Origin: Microthyrium microscopicum
Taxonomy: Eukaryota
Direction: 5' to 3'
DNA: 64,000 nt
Assembly (NCBI GenBank): GCA_010405405.1
Contig: MU004239.1
Span: 1,116,001 to 1,180,000 of the forward strand
Shown here one piece after another: positions 21,998-35,955 of the stretch. A program made the translations under genes and the position numbers. The notes beneath the pieces were generated by a model. It was not told the DNA's origin, made no database searches, and saw only the letters and a list, made by a program, of their open reading frames with translations. How positions within the stretch are numbered: the first letter of the stretch is position 1; each line of letters opens with the position of its first letter.

Positions 21998-24168
21998 ATG
22001 TCATGGGAGAGGCGGGAGAGGCGGCTCTTCGCATGGAGAAACCCATTCACCAGTGTTCAGCACCTTCAAGTAGGATTTGAATTTCTAGTTGAAGCTTCTT
22101 GAGCTAATCTCGAGTAGAATGTTGCCCAAAAGCGAGTTCATCTTTGCAAGGCGAGCTAAGGCACCAATCTGGCGTTAACGGAGTCTAATCTAGCAGTAGG
22201 TGCTTGACAGTTATTCCTTTGATTGGCAAGTTTTTGCCGTCGCAGCCTCTGGATTCTTCACGGACAGTTATAATCTCTTCGCCACCAACGTTGTAAGGAA
22301 CCTTTCCCAATGCACATGAAAACTCTATTGTTACAAGCCACGCCTCCTACGGAACATTTTACTTTCATGGATTTCCACATGAAACGCACACCCTCTCGTA
22401 GCATATCTCTCGTTGAAGTACGCTAATGAGGAGTTAGATACTTCCAGCGCTGGCCTATGTATACTGGCCAACGGCTACAAGCACTGATAGGGAAGCTACT
22501 ATCAATCTAGTCACATTAGCATCTGCCACTGTAGGGCAGCTGCTATTTGGCTACCTAGCAGATCGATACGGACGGCAGAAACTCTATGGAGTTGAGTTGA
22601 TATTGGTCACCGTTTCTACACTAGGCTTGGCTCAGTGCTCTTATGGCGTGCTGAAATATGATGGCACCACCTCCATGTCCATCCTTGGTTGGATCTTGTT
22701 CTTTAGAACCATTATGGGTTGTGGTATCGGAGCTGAATATCCTTTGAGTGCTGGAATATCTGCAGGTTTGTTTCATCAATCTGGTTTTTGGAATTTGCTA
22801 ACGAATGGGTAGAATGGTCATCATCTCGATCAAGAGCGCGAATGCTAGCAGCTGTGTTCCTCATGCAACCGCTCGGTCAACTCGCGGCTTATGTTGTTGG
22901 CACAATAGTCCTTGTTATCTTGAACCGTCACTATCAACTAGACACTCTTATGGACTCCAAGGATGCAGCACCGATCATTGACGTCTTCTGGAGATGGGTG
23001 ACCGGAATCGGGGCATTACCAGCACTGATCGCGTTGGGCTTTCGACTCTCCATTCCAGAGTCTGGACGCTGGCGACTTGATGTTCAAGGACAGGCTGATC
23101 GAGCTATTCTAGAAACTCATGCACACTTTGGGACGATGACAAGTTTATCGCTAGACGACGATTTAGAGCTCCGAGACAATTCGAGCGACATTAACGTCGA
23201 GCATGAGGCTTTTGGTCACTCTCCGCAACAAATATCGGGTTCATACCTAGCAAGGTACTTGTTCACGGATGGGAACTGGAGATACCTTGCGGGAACGTCA
23301 TTATGCTGGTTCATAGTGGACTTTGTGTATTATGGCCTTCAGATCAATAATCCGCGCTTTTTGGCAAAGTTGTGGAATAGCCATTTACCAAATACCAGAG
23401 TCACCACAACTCCAGCCTGGCTTCCGAATCCTCTTTACTGGGATCCAACGACGTCGCAACCAACAGTTACAATCTACCATGTCCTCATGGAAAACTCCCG
23501 GCACGCCATGATTTCGGTGTCCATAGCTGCGGTTTTGGGCAGCCTTCTTCTGATACAAATCATCGACTATGTGTCTCGACGAAAGTTTCTCATCTGGTCG
23601 TTCCTCGGACTCGCGGTCTTAACTGCTGCTATGGGAGTGAGCTATTTGTATACATTCGGCACTTCACACTACTGGATCACGCTCACACTATTCGTACTTT
23701 GTCAGTTCTTCTTCAACCTCGGTCCAAATACTTTGACGTTCATTGTAAGTCTCAATTACACGCCACACTACCACGAGCTGACAAATACAGATCCCAGCGG
23801 AAATATTTCCCACCCCGATCCGTTGCACCTGTCATGGTATCTCTGCTGCAGCAGGAAAGTTGAGCTCTGTGATTGTTCAATCGATGCTCATACGCTTGCA
23901 ATTTGGAAACCACTCATTACGAGACCTGGATTCGAATGGCATGGGCTGGATGCTGATCATATTTTCTACAGTACTGCTTCTTGGGGCCTTTTGTGCTTGG
24001 CTGTGGATTCCAGAAGTACAGAGCAACACGAGACTGGAAGGCAGCTGGATCCTACCATCCAAGTCTCTCGAGGAGTTGGCTGTCGGCAAGACAAGAACAG
24101 AGAGGGAGGCTATAAACGGCCTTGACGGCTTAAGGAGGCGATTCAGAGCTGCTACTAGCCCGAACTAG
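21998..24168 (+). CDS. PHO84-type phosphate:H+ symporter (MFS). Exons 21998-22069, 22118-22150, 22200-22292, 22438-22765, 22813-23744, 23791-24168
   Basis: ASGFFTDSYNLF, FGYLADRYGRQKLYGVEL, GIGAEYPLSA..SAEW, AAVFLMQPLGQ and FFFNLGPNTLTFIIPAEIFPT..RCTCHGISAAAGK. The first two exons are less certain. Confidence 0.88.
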
Positions 24169-24923
24169 TACGCGCGCGGATGGTAGATTACGGCGGCGAT
24201 TTGGTCTTACTGCCGGCTCAACTTAAGATCTTCGAATCAATCAACAAATCAATTATATCAAATGGCTTTGAACGGAGCTTCGGCCTCAATTTCAGGCACT
24301 TATTCGCCGTGCCCAATATCACTCGCGTCAATAATGATGCAGTCCCTATTTCACAGCCGCCGCAGTGCTTCCAACACAATGAGCTTGATGCGAGTGTTCT
24401 AGAAGCAAAATTACGTCTGTTCTAGCATGCTGCATGATTATCAATCATCAATTCAAATTTTGGGGCGCCTTTTGATATTGGCCTAGCCGCCTGGAGGCCT
24501 GACCAAAGAGGCCGCTTCAAGTATCACCAGTGCCAAGACGCTAGACCTTTTCGGGAATGGCAGCTCAACCTTGAACCTCCCTCACCTCACCACTGCTAGA
24601 CGTGTGCATCTGCATCGCGCAAGTGACTGACTACACCTTCACGTCACAATTCCATCGACGACGGCCCTCTTACACAATTCCTTTCTTCCTCTTCTCTGGC
24701 CATCGTTCCTCCAGCTTTGTTTCCCCCGGCACCCACCTTTTCCACTCTCTCCACATTTTCATTTCTCTTTTCATTGACTTGCTATTGTCCAACTGGTCAA
24801 CTATCATCAGCCCAACTAGCCGTCCAAAGCGATCGTCTTCTCCAGTATACGAGCGCAACATCATCATTCCCCTCGCGCCCATTTGGGTCCTTCGATTTCC
24901 TTTGTCTCTAGCTGTCAGCTATC

Positions 24924-27900
24924 ATGGCGCCGAAAAGAAAGAATAACGATTCCGCTGCTGGCTCCAATCGACCTTCTCCACATCGCCCACAAAACCTTGA
25001 CCTCGCACGGCAATCGCAAAATGATTCCAATGGTCGCAACACTCGTAGAGGAGGACCCAATCGGTCTTCGGGACGTACAGCAAATTCAGCCAAGGCCCCG
25101 ACTACTTCTTCAACTCCTACACCAACTCTACCTGCAAATACCGAAAGTCCTACCCTTCCCAAGCCTGCTACACCCTCTCTACAAAAGCCTTCCACTCAAG
25201 CTCCGGCTCCGGTAGTGAAGCCCGACACACCTGCAAACACCGCTCCGGCCGCGCCTGTATGGATCAATACCTTACCATTCTATCCCGAGTTCGTCACCAA
25301 GGAGCGCATTGCTCAATGGAAAACTTCGGGTCGCAAGTTCATTCATGAGAAAGGTGTAGAGCTGCTTGCCTCTGGTGATAACATGGATATCAATCCTCTC
25401 TTCATCGAAATCATGCGTGCAGCTTTTCTTGAACGCTTGGATCCTGTGCTTGCCGGAGATGTCATCAAAGAAATTCTGAAAGAAGACAAAGCTCCTCGCG
25501 ACTATCGTAGTCCTTCTATCTTCTTCATTGAAGTGTTCAGCAATCTCACAGAGGCCGGCTTACCAAATCCATCAAAGGTCTTCGCCTTTCTAGAAGCGAC
25601 CGGCATCTCTCCATCAGACATGCGCGAGCGGTTGGATATAAGCACGCTCACACAGCTAGGCATGGTCCGCCAGAGTTTCTCCCAGTACGGAACTCGACAC
25701 TCGACCAATGTCCTATACAAGCAGACGACCTATAACATCTTGCGAGAGGACACTGAAGGTTATGCAAAACTGATAGAAGGATACTACAAGGCTGCATTGA
25801 GTGGCCCACCAACTGCTGAACTAGTCTCGGATGCCTTCCAAAAAGTCAAATCTCTTATTGGGGCGTTCAATCTTGATTCAGGTCGGGCACTGGATATCAC
25901 CTTGGATGTTTTCGGAGATCTCTTGGTCGCACGCTTCCGATTCTTCGTGCGCTATCTTCGCGCGAGTTCATTCTGGCCCCCATCCCGAACAGTGGAAGGA
26001 ATTGATCGTTACGATCCAGGATTTTCGTCCTTACCTTGGTGGTCAGCTTTAAGCTACCCAGGAGATTCGTCGACTACAGAAGAAGACAAAATCCGCCTTC
26101 AGGACCTGAAACAAAAACGCGATGTTCATTTTTGGGATCGAGTTCGACGCTTGGGAATTCGTGCCTTCTTTGAGTTAGGTGGTCGCCAAATTGCCTCCGA
26201 TTTCGAGATTCAGCAAGCTGAAATGTCCATCGACAGCCAAGATCTCGATCGCGTCTGGATAGCTAAAACCAAAACATTTCCTCCAGAGGGAAATAAAATG
26301 GCTGCGCAGTTATTGGGCAATAAGCTTCGCGGCTATGCCTCTGGTGACCGTGAAGAAGGCGCGCAGATTCCCGATAATCTGATCTGGCTCGCTACATTAC
26401 TCGTTCATATCGGATTCATCTCTCTGAGAGATCTGTATCCTCACCTCTACCCTCTTGAGGGCGATTTGGAAAAAGTCAAGGCCCTTCTTACCAAAGAAAA
26501 GAATGAGCGCGAGTTGAAGAAGCGCCCAGGCGGCGGAATGAATGCTCTTCTAATGGCTGGTGCTTTGCCTGATGACACCAACTCTGCGCCTTTGCGTCTT
26601 CGGGAGGTGGAGCGCAAGCCAGCGGCTCAAGCCGACTCTCAAGTCCCCAAGGAAGAGGCAGAGAAAATACCGGAAGAACCGCGAAATCAAAAGCTTCTTC
26701 TTCTTGAAAGCCTTCTGTTGATAGGTGCCATTCCTGATGCATTGTTCATCATTGGCGAACATCCTTGGCTTCTTGAACTCTGCCCTTCTATTATGCAGTA
26801 CATACATCGCATTCTTCACTACTCCGTTGCGAAAGTCTATGACTCAACCAAAGAAGCCTCCGAGATCAATATTTCTGAAGCTCAGAAAGACCACGTCATG
26901 TCTGAGCCATCAGCTTTCCCTCGTAATTCTCTCAAGGCTATCAGCAGTGAACCTCGACGAACCAAGAGATGGGGTAAACTCGACAGCTTCGATGCATCCA
27001 AGGAGGCCGACTATAAGTTTTACTGGGAAGATTGGTCTGACAATGTTCCTATATGCCAGACTGTCGACGACATATTCGCTCTTTGCTCCACTTTTCTCAA
27101 CTTGTCCGGTGTACGGATTGGCGAGGATGTCGAGCTTTTGACTAAACTTGCTCGTATTGGCATCACAAGCATCAATGAAGACAATTCTGAGGCTAACGTT
27201 GAGCGCTGGGTTGATCTTTGTAAGCGCATCCTTGTTCCGGCCCTTAGTTTCACAAAAAGCAATCCTGGAGCAGTCAATCAAGTATGGGACCTTGTGCGCA
27301 ACTTCCCTATTGCAGTACGCTACGGTATCTACACAGAGTGGTTTCAAGGCACAACTTCCAAGCTACCAGCGCTCAAAGATCAGTTTACTCTCGCGGAGGC
27401 AGAAACCAAAGACATTCTGAAGCGAATCAGCAAACAAAACACAAAGGAAATGGCTCGGTCCTTGGCCAAGGTCGCCACATCTTCTCCTGGAATTGTTTTC
27501 CGCGCCACTCTCAACCAAATCGAGGCGTATGGAAATCTCATTCCTGTAGTTATTGAATGCGCCCGCTACTTCACCACCATGGGCTACGATATCTTGACTT
27601 GGTCTATTTTAACCGCCTTGGGTGGTGGTTCTCGCAGCCGGATGCAATCTGATGGTATGCTCACGAACCCATGGCTTAGACAATTAGCGAGCTTTGCCGG
27701 AGATGTTTGCAAGCGCTACACTGTCATGAACCCGTCCCCCATTCTTCGATATGTCGCAAATCAGCTTGAGCATAAGAAGTCCGAAGACTTGGAAATCCTC
27801 CAGCAGATAATATCTTCAATGGCAGGAATTCGACCGGAGAATCTGTTCAGCATGGAGCAGGTACAATACTTAATGGGCGGCAAAACCTTCCGAGACAAAG

Positions 27901-30900
27901 TACTCCAGGATCTACAAGACAAGCGTCATGATCCAAAGCTACCTACCAAACGTCTCATTCGATCACTCCAAGAATCCGAATTAGTCGCCCCGCTTCTCAT
28001 TCTCTTGGCTCACGAACGCGAATCTTACATCTTTCGGCCGTCAACAGAAAACATGCCAAGCAAAGTGCTGTCAAAGAACGCTGATAAACTTCATCACGCT
28101 TTTGTTCAATATCTGGAAACCCTACAGACCAACTTGTCAATTCAAGATTTCAGTGCCACGATACCTGCTGTAGATCAATTGATCAAGCAGTATGGCATTC
28201 GTCCACCTATTGCTTTTCTCATCTCACGCGATATTCTGCGACAACGTCTAGAAGAGCATAGACAGGCTGTCAAAGCTGCCAAGCTGAATGGGAAAGTTGA
28301 TACACCCAATGATGGCGATCTTGAGATGGCAGATGGCAACAAGACCGGGCAAGAAGCTGTACCAACCGCAGCATCAGCTCAGGCCGATGACTTGGAGGCA
28401 AAAAATACCGAAATCTCCAATGGCGACGTGACTATGAAAGACGTCTCTGCTTCAAGTGCTACCCAAACTTCTGTCACACCACCATTGCTCCGAGACCCCT
28501 CAATGACCTCCCTTATCGACAAGATGCGTGGCACCTTTGAACCCAACTATGAGGATACCATGAGTGTTGCATTTTACGTCTGGTTCTGGCAGCTCAATAC
28601 TACGGACTTTTACTGGCCACAGAAGTCTTATGACATGGAGCAAGCCAAGATCAAAGACCGAACAGATGAATTGAAAACCGAGCGACTACCTGGCACAACT
28701 AAAGCCTCCCGCGATGCAGAAATTGTCAAGCTCAACGCTCGCAATGATGTCATAATCAAAGAAAAGACGGCTCAGGCAATGCATATCACAGTCGTACGAC
28801 GAGATCTGCGAAAGGAAAAGGATACATGGTTTGCTCACGTCTCCCTCAGTGATAGCAAAACCCTGTGCAACAACATCATTCAGGAGCTCATTCTTCCTCG
28901 AGCACTGCTTTCTCCTTTTGATGCTCTATATGCTTGCAAGTGGATCTTTTTGATCCATGCTCTAGGAACACCCGGCTTTCGTACCATTCACATTATTGAC
29001 AAAATGTTTAACACGAATTTCCTCACGAGTGTTATCACCTCGTGTACAGCCCGGGAAGTCGACAATTTTGGTTGGTTTCTCAACGAACTCTTGTCAACGC
29101 TTGCAACCTGGCACACCAAACAGAAACCAATCCGCGGCTCTAACGAAAAGCCTAAGGAACCCACCGACATATACGAGGAGCAAGCGATAGGAACCAAAAA
29201 GGATCTCTCTGGTTTCTGTACCAAAGTCAACGACGACATGTCGCCAGCAATCCATCTCTCCTGGCAAGACTATCGTCGTCTTCTTTTCAAATGGCACGGT
29301 CAGCTGCAAACCAGCTTAACGCAGCTCTTGACTGCTGGTGAATATATGGGCGTCCGAAATGCAGTTTCTGTTCTCAAGGTCGTTCAAGCACAATATCCGG
29401 CGACTGCGTATCATTACAATAAATTGAAGGTCAACTTGGAAAGTCTTGTTGCCAATGATCATAGAGGAGATGTTCGACTGGTCTCAGACTCTTGCTTGTC
29501 CGAGCTTAAAAAACGAGAAAAACTCATGGTCACCTCTGATTCTTTCCGCACTTTGGCTGACAACGCGAAACCTTCCAAGTCTGAATCAGCACAGCCTTCA
29601 AACACTGAGAAGAAAGACCTCAATCCCGCTGTCCCGGAGTTCAAACCTACCTCTACCATGTAAGTTCACGGGTCTTTGATTTCAATTCGCATTCTAACCT
29701 GTTCTAGTGACTCAAAAACAGCCCCGTCGAGCTCTGGAGAGGTTGAGGACGGTGAGATTGATGACGCGAAGAAGGCAGCGATTCAGGCACTAGCCAATTC
29801 GAACGCTGCAAAGCCTGATACCTCGATCCCCAAATCTGCGGACGTCAAGGATGCTCCGGTTGAACCAAAGGAAAAGCGCCCAGAAACAAAATCTAGTGAG
29901 AATACTCAGTCAGCATCTACAGCTAGACAAGAAGTGCACAAGTCACGACGAGCAGGCGACAATTCGAACTCGGTTCCAATAAATCGCCAAAATAACGGCG
30001 AAGCATCTTCTCGCAATGGAATGCGACGTCCTGGCTCTCAATTACCACCACCGCCTGCTCAGCACGCGCTGCCTCGTCGACCTGATGGCGAGATCCCCAA
30101 GGATCAAATCACTCATCACTCCAATGAACGTAACAAAGAGAGACCCAGCTATGGAAACGATTCTAGAGGACCCGAGGCTCCACGCGATGCCCCTCGAGGT
30201 CGCATTCAAGATCCTGCAGGACATCGGAGCCAGAATAGAACTCCTGAGCCTTCTGTCGCCCGTGGGAATCGAGATATGTTGCGCGAGCCGCCTCGAGATG
30301 CTCATCCTCCGCGAGATCCTTATCCTCGTGATCCATATCAACGAGATCCTCGGGAAACAAATCTACGAGATCCGCGAGATGCCCATGTACGCGATCCTCG
30401 AGATGCACATGTACGGGACCCTCGAGAGACACACGTACGAGATCTTCGGGATATGCATCAGCGAGATCCGCGAGATCCTTATTCTCCACGCGATCCTCAC
30501 TCATCGCGAGAAAATCATGCTATGCGCGATAACCACCCTCGAGATGTTCCCCCTCCACGAGAGACCCAAGCTTCACGCGAATCGCATGTGTCTCGAGATG
30601 GAGCTATTCCCCGTGATCCACATGCTTCACGCGACGCTCGCGAACCTCGAGGTCCCCCTCCAATGCGTGATACTCGACAGAACATTAGAGCGCCTGATCA
30701 AGTAGAATCTTCAGCGCCAAAAGACCGTGGATATGACATGTCTCGCCTACACCCTGATGGAAGTCGACCACAAGCCACAAGTCAGCGACAGCGTGATCCC
30801 CCTCCTCCTCCACCTCGCGAACCACCAGTCAATGCTGAACGCGCCGCAATAATAGATCACGCACCATCTGGACCCCGATTGGATAGTCGCCGAGGCGATT

Positions 30901-31817
30901 TGTTCCAGCAGGCCTCCAAACCTCGGGCCCCACTGGATCCACGAGACGGACGTCTATCTGGGCAGGAATTTGCAGGACCGCCTCGCCTCCCAGCTTCCCA
31001 AGATCCCAACTATGGACGTCTTAATCCAATTCCCGATGCCACACCTTCTGGACCGCGCTCTCGTCCAGCCCAAGGCGCTCGTGGTGGACGAGTTCCGCCA
31101 TCACCAACTACAGACCGTCCTGCCTATTCTGGGCCACAAGGTCCTGAGTTGGGTGGTGGTGGAATTCATCCAAGCCGACTAGGCAACATACCAAATGACG
31201 GTCCAAATTCTCAGGCGTCGTTACCAAGTCCAGTAGGACCGCCTTCAGGACCACGTGGTGGCCGACAGCCTGCTGGCAATTTCAATTCTGGACCTGCGCC
31301 ATCGGGTGGTCGTCGGACCCTCCAGAACCTGAATCAGCATTTGCAGCAGGCAGGAGGACGACCAACGGCGCCCCAGCAGCAGGTGCCACAGCCATCACGG
31401 CGACAGCGCTCGCGATCACGTAGCCCTCGCCGAGAGCGGGAGGACCATCGTGTCCGAGAAGAGTTGCCTCCAACGGATCGTGACTCCCGTCGCAACACCC
31501 GCGGAGCCACTCGAGATGGTCGGGACGACCGAGAACAAGAACCAACCTCACACCGTCGCGACAATCGACGAGGACGAGAAACTAGAAACAATGGTGACAT
31601 GGCTCGCGCACCCCTTCCCCCACAGCAAGTACCACCTCCTCCCCGTGGCATGCCACCTCGAAATGGCGAAATGGATGGTCGAGGACCATCGCGTGGTAGC
31701 GGTGCAAATGAACGACGTGATGATGGGCGAGATGGACGAGATACTCGCAAACGTACTCGCCAGGCAGGCGCCGAAGATCCGCATGCAGACAACAAGCGAC
31801 CACGACGAGGGGATTAG
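24924..31817 (+). CDS. THO2: THO complex subunit 2. Exons 24924-29659, 29708-31817
   Basis: LYKQ..YNILRED.EGYAKL, LIGAFNLD.GR.LD..LD, KDILKRISK, QIEAYGNLI, FY..FWQL and YMGVRNA..VL; long Arg/Asp/Pro-rich tail. Confidence 0.93.
30292..30650 (+). repeat. Coding minisatellite in the THO2 tail (RDP/RDPRDAHV repeats)
   Basis: Repeated cgagatcc/cgcgatcc units encoding RDP..RDPRDAHVRDPRDAHVRDPRETHVRD. Confidence 0.8.
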
Positions 31818-33121
31818 GACTCTCCGAGCTCACCATCGCGAAAGTCTACGGATGCTGAACTGGAGCAGCCGCCTATTGATGCGCCGTCAAAGCCACAAAA
31901 GAACATGCGCAAGCGACAGCATCGTCGGCGATCATGATTTTTGAAAAATTGTAGATGAAGCATACATGCCATGGTGTTATTGGGTAGGAACAGGCATAGC
32001 CGGTGCATTGTCAAGGCGTTTGTGTTGAGCGGTGGAGATTCAACTTGTCTTTTTGTAATTATAAATACTACTTTGTGATGGAGCATTGCACAGGTGTTGG
32101 CGGATTATTTGATGGGTTTGCATAGCTTATTGTAGGAGATACCACTCACTCTGCTTTGGAATATATGGCCTTTCTACTTCCATCTTCATGCTTCTACTTC
32201 GATGAATAGCCGGTGTCGTAAAAATGATGAAGTGTAGCAGCATATCCACTCCCGTGTAAAAAGTAACATTGATTTCAATATGCTTATGTTCTCGCAGGTA
32301 CCATGTTTGGTTTCGCAACAACCAAGGAGATGGGCAGAGGCTGCCCGAACCTGTTCGCAATCCGCGATGGCTACCACCGGCTCAACTAACAAGAGCATAC
32401 TTATTCCCCAATCTTGAACGATAACAAACACTACTCAAATAGTCTATGTTCGATTTCAAGTGCGACCGTTACCTTCACAAATACAAATCGAAAGACCGGA
32501 CTTGCAAGGATATCTTATAAAGCCTCTGTCCGTCAGCACACATATTTCAGGCTTGTCAAGGATACTTACTTGTAGCTACTCTACCCTTGATAACACTGCC
32601 TTGAATCTTCGAATACGCTCAGCCTCCAAGTTTACGTAGGTTTAGATCCGGAATTGGGGTTCCGCCTAAAATCCATGTAGCTGAGTTATAACTTCCGCTT
32701 GACCTATTCGTTCCTCTTTTCACCTGGCTCGGTCGCAGTTCCCTTGGCAAATCTTCTGCTTTTCTTTTCCGAGGATTCCTGATAACCTGAGAGAGTATAT
32801 ATGAGCTGGTCTTGGACAACCAAAAAATACGTGCCAGACATAGACCGCAGATATCTAACCTACAATGCTGGTGCTGTCTGGCCTATCATGGACCAAGCAT
32901 GCTGTAAGCATGTACTTTAAGGCCCGCTTACCGCCGATAGATACGTGGATTGCAACATGTCTAATTCTAAGCTTGTTCTATCCTTACACCCTTCCCAGAC
33001 CGAAACTCAAATAACATTGAGACTTTGCTCTTTCTTGTTGGGTCTGTTCTGCTCGCTCTGGAATGCTCAAGCGACTCCCTCTTTCTTATTCTTCATCCTT
33101 CTTCGACAATGATTATGTAAC

Positions 33122-34260
33122 ATGTTGTTGCTGGCCTCTGTCTTCTTTTCTTTCATTGCAACATTTGTCAATGTCTTGGCTATCACTGTTACAGCACCAT
33201 CGCCAGGCGAGCAGGTATCTCTTGCGAAACCTTTCATGATTCGATGGGCTTTGGATAGGTAAACCAGACTACCTCTTTGTTCTTCAGCATACTAAGCTCA
33301 TATAGTGGTGATCCCGCGCAAGTGAGCATCGACTTACTCAACTCATCAAATATTGTCGCAAAGCCTATCCTCGAAAATATCGCACACAGTCTGAACGCCA
33401 GCGAACTTGGAGCCAACATAACATGGCCATTCAATATTCCGAATGAGACCGCTACTTACCAGTTATACTTTATTGCTGCGGCCTCTGGTAGCGATATCGC
33501 CACATCAGGCATCTTCAGCCTGACGCTTCCTCCTGGAGAGAACAGAACACAGGCTGCAGGAACCGTTGGACCCTACGGAACGCATCCCAGCACAGACTTT
33601 CCTCCCAGCGCGAAGGAAAGTCGTCTCAGCAGCAGAGTAATTGCAGGTATTGTGTGCAGCTTTGTAGTGCTGTTTTTGGTGGGAATATTCACAGGATGCT
33701 TCATCTATCGCAAAAGACGGCATGTGCCCGCCAAAGAAGAAGAAAACAATGAAATTGGGAAGCCGGAGCTTGACGGCAGCAGCCCCAACGAAAAGCGTGG
33801 TACTCTCGATACCATGGCCAGTGCAGAGATTGGATCAAGCGATAAACCGTTCAACTACTTGCGATTCGAGCTTCCGTCTTCGCCTCCAATACCGCCGGTG
33901 GAACTTCCAGACAATGAAATACCTGCCTATGAAATGTCTTCTGCGGCTGACACTTCTACAATTCCCGACACAGAAGAGAAATCTTATGAAGAGCAAGATA
34001 GGCTTGATGTTACCCTTACAACAGAGACATCAGAAGGCATTCGAAACCACGTCCAGTCACCACAATCACGAAGTATGAGCATTAGCTCTTTGTCAAGTGG
34101 AACGAAATTTCCGTCAGTATCTCTTCTTAACAGCTCGAAACGAGCATCCTTGATTTCAACGTCACCTTCGATATTAACACCGCGAAGGGCCTCTACTTTT
34201 GCCAAAGCGTTGGAGGAGATTGTAGCAGAGGAATTCAGGAGGAAAGATTCCGATGAATGA
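33122..34260 (+). CDS. Type I membrane protein with a Kre9/Ser-Thr-rich-like ectodomain. Exons 33122-33258, 33306-34260
   Basis: Signal peptide, ITVTAPSPGEQV...F.IRW...SGDP, TM segment VIAGIVCSFVVLFLVGIFTGCFIY followed by RKRR, and cytosolic ELDG/ELP motifs. Confidence 0.7.
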
Positions 34261-34770
34261 ATTAATGATGACTTGAAACTCTAGCAGAGCTTAAATGAGA
34301 ATTATACGGCAGATATGAATGAAACAAAATGCCGTGAATTTAGTGTATATGTTTTGTTAACAGCTCTAGTAGAGGCAGTGGAATGAGGTATATTTGTCTC
34401 ATGCCGTCACTGAGCTTTTTCGAGACCAAATAACTGAATAATTTCTCGTTAAACTGTGCAGCTCAAGCTTGTTCTCTATAAAAGCTTTATGAAGAAACTA
34501 TAGGTCTTGAATGCATTATTTGATAGATTTCTCCCAGTATTACTTGTCTGTTAGCTGGGAGTTGAAGATCACGGAGGTCTATTTCACTGGCAACTTCAGC
34601 CCACTGGCTCGATTGGACCAACACCAAAAATTCGACATCCATCAATTTTCTACACTTAAATTCCTTCCACACCTTTCACATTGCTAGGAATAGATAATCA
34701 GGTAGATTTCAAGAGCTTGGAAACGACATTGAGGTGCATCAGTCCACGAAAGAGGAACGCAAACTCCACC

Positions 34771-35955
34771 ATGGAGCAAAAAGCCTCCGTCCCAAAATCA
34801 GTCACAGAAGCCGTCCTAAAACCATCAGAAACCCTCCCCGAAGACACCCGCCAAGTCCAAGGCATTGACTTCAACAACTATGCCAACCGCTCCATCCCCG
34901 TCGACGACCTCGTCGCCAGCATGGCCAACATGGGCTTCCAAGCCACCTCTCTCGGCGAAGCGGTCCGCATAATCAACAACATGGTAAACACGATCCTCCC
35001 AAACACCCCCAAAGCCCCTCAGAAAAGACATGTAATATGTTAACAATATACATAGCGCTCCTGGCGTGATCCCGAAACAAACGCCAAAACCACCATATTT
35101 CTCGGCTACACCTCCAACATGATCTCCTCCGGACTGCGCGAAACCTTCCGCTATCTCGCGCAGCACAACCACATCAGCGCCATCGTCACCAGCGCTGGCG
35201 GCATCGAAGAAGACTTTATCAAATGTCTCGCGCCCACCTACCTCGGCTCCTTCAGCACGCCTGGCGCCAGTCTACGGACCCGCGGCCTCAACCGCATCGG
35301 CAATCTAGTCGTGCCCAACAGCAACTACTGTGCCTTTGAAGACTGGGTCGTGCCTATCCTCGACACTATGCTCGCTGAGCAGGAAAATACTGCAAAGTCA
35401 GAGCACCCGATACGATGGACGCCGAGCAAGGTTATTGAACGCCTGGGGAGGGAGATTGACGATGAAAGGAGTGTTTATTATTGGGCAGCGCGGAATGGCA
35501 TTCCCGTGTTTTGTCCAGCCCTCACAGACGGATCGCTAGGCGATATGCTGTATTTCCATACCTTCAAATCCTCACCAGCCCAACTCCGCATCGACATTGT
35601 AGAAGATATACGGCGCATCAACACCATCGCTGTGCGCGCTAAACGCGCGGGCATGGTTATATTGGGCGGTGGCGTGGTGAAGCATCATATTGCGAATGCG
35701 TGTTTGATGCGGAATGGCGCGGAGAGTGCGGTGTATGTGAATACGGGGCAGGAGTTTGATGGTAGTGATGCGGGCGCGAGACCGGATGAGGCGGTTAGTT
35801 GGGGCAAGATTAGGATGGATGGGGAGAGTGTGAAGGTTTATGTGGAGGCGACGGTTGCGTTTCCGTTGATTGTGGCGGCGACTTTTGCGAAGGGGCAGAG
35901 TGAGGCGGCTGCGGAACCTGCGGAGCGGAAGGATGAGGAGGTTGTGCAGATGTGA
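34771..35955 (+). CDS. DYS1: Deoxyhypusine synthase. Exons 34771-34983, 35056-35955
   Basis: [47 protein letters not shown] and [17 protein letters not shown]. Confidence 0.97.

Noticed and set aside
30292..30650. CRISPR-like array
   Set aside because: The repeats are degenerate, codon-phased and inside the THO2 exon, with no repeat-spacer structure.
30016..31944. Long alternative-frame and antisense ORFs over the THO2 tail (likewise over 36699-37521 and 52349-52788)
   Set aside because: Expected by-products of low-complexity, GC-rich coding repeats; no independent gene signals.
19728..35955. Functional cluster of gene-expression factors (eRF1, THO2, DYS1)
   Set aside because: They are interrupted by unrelated genes; proximity of housekeeping genes is unremarkable without synteny evidence.
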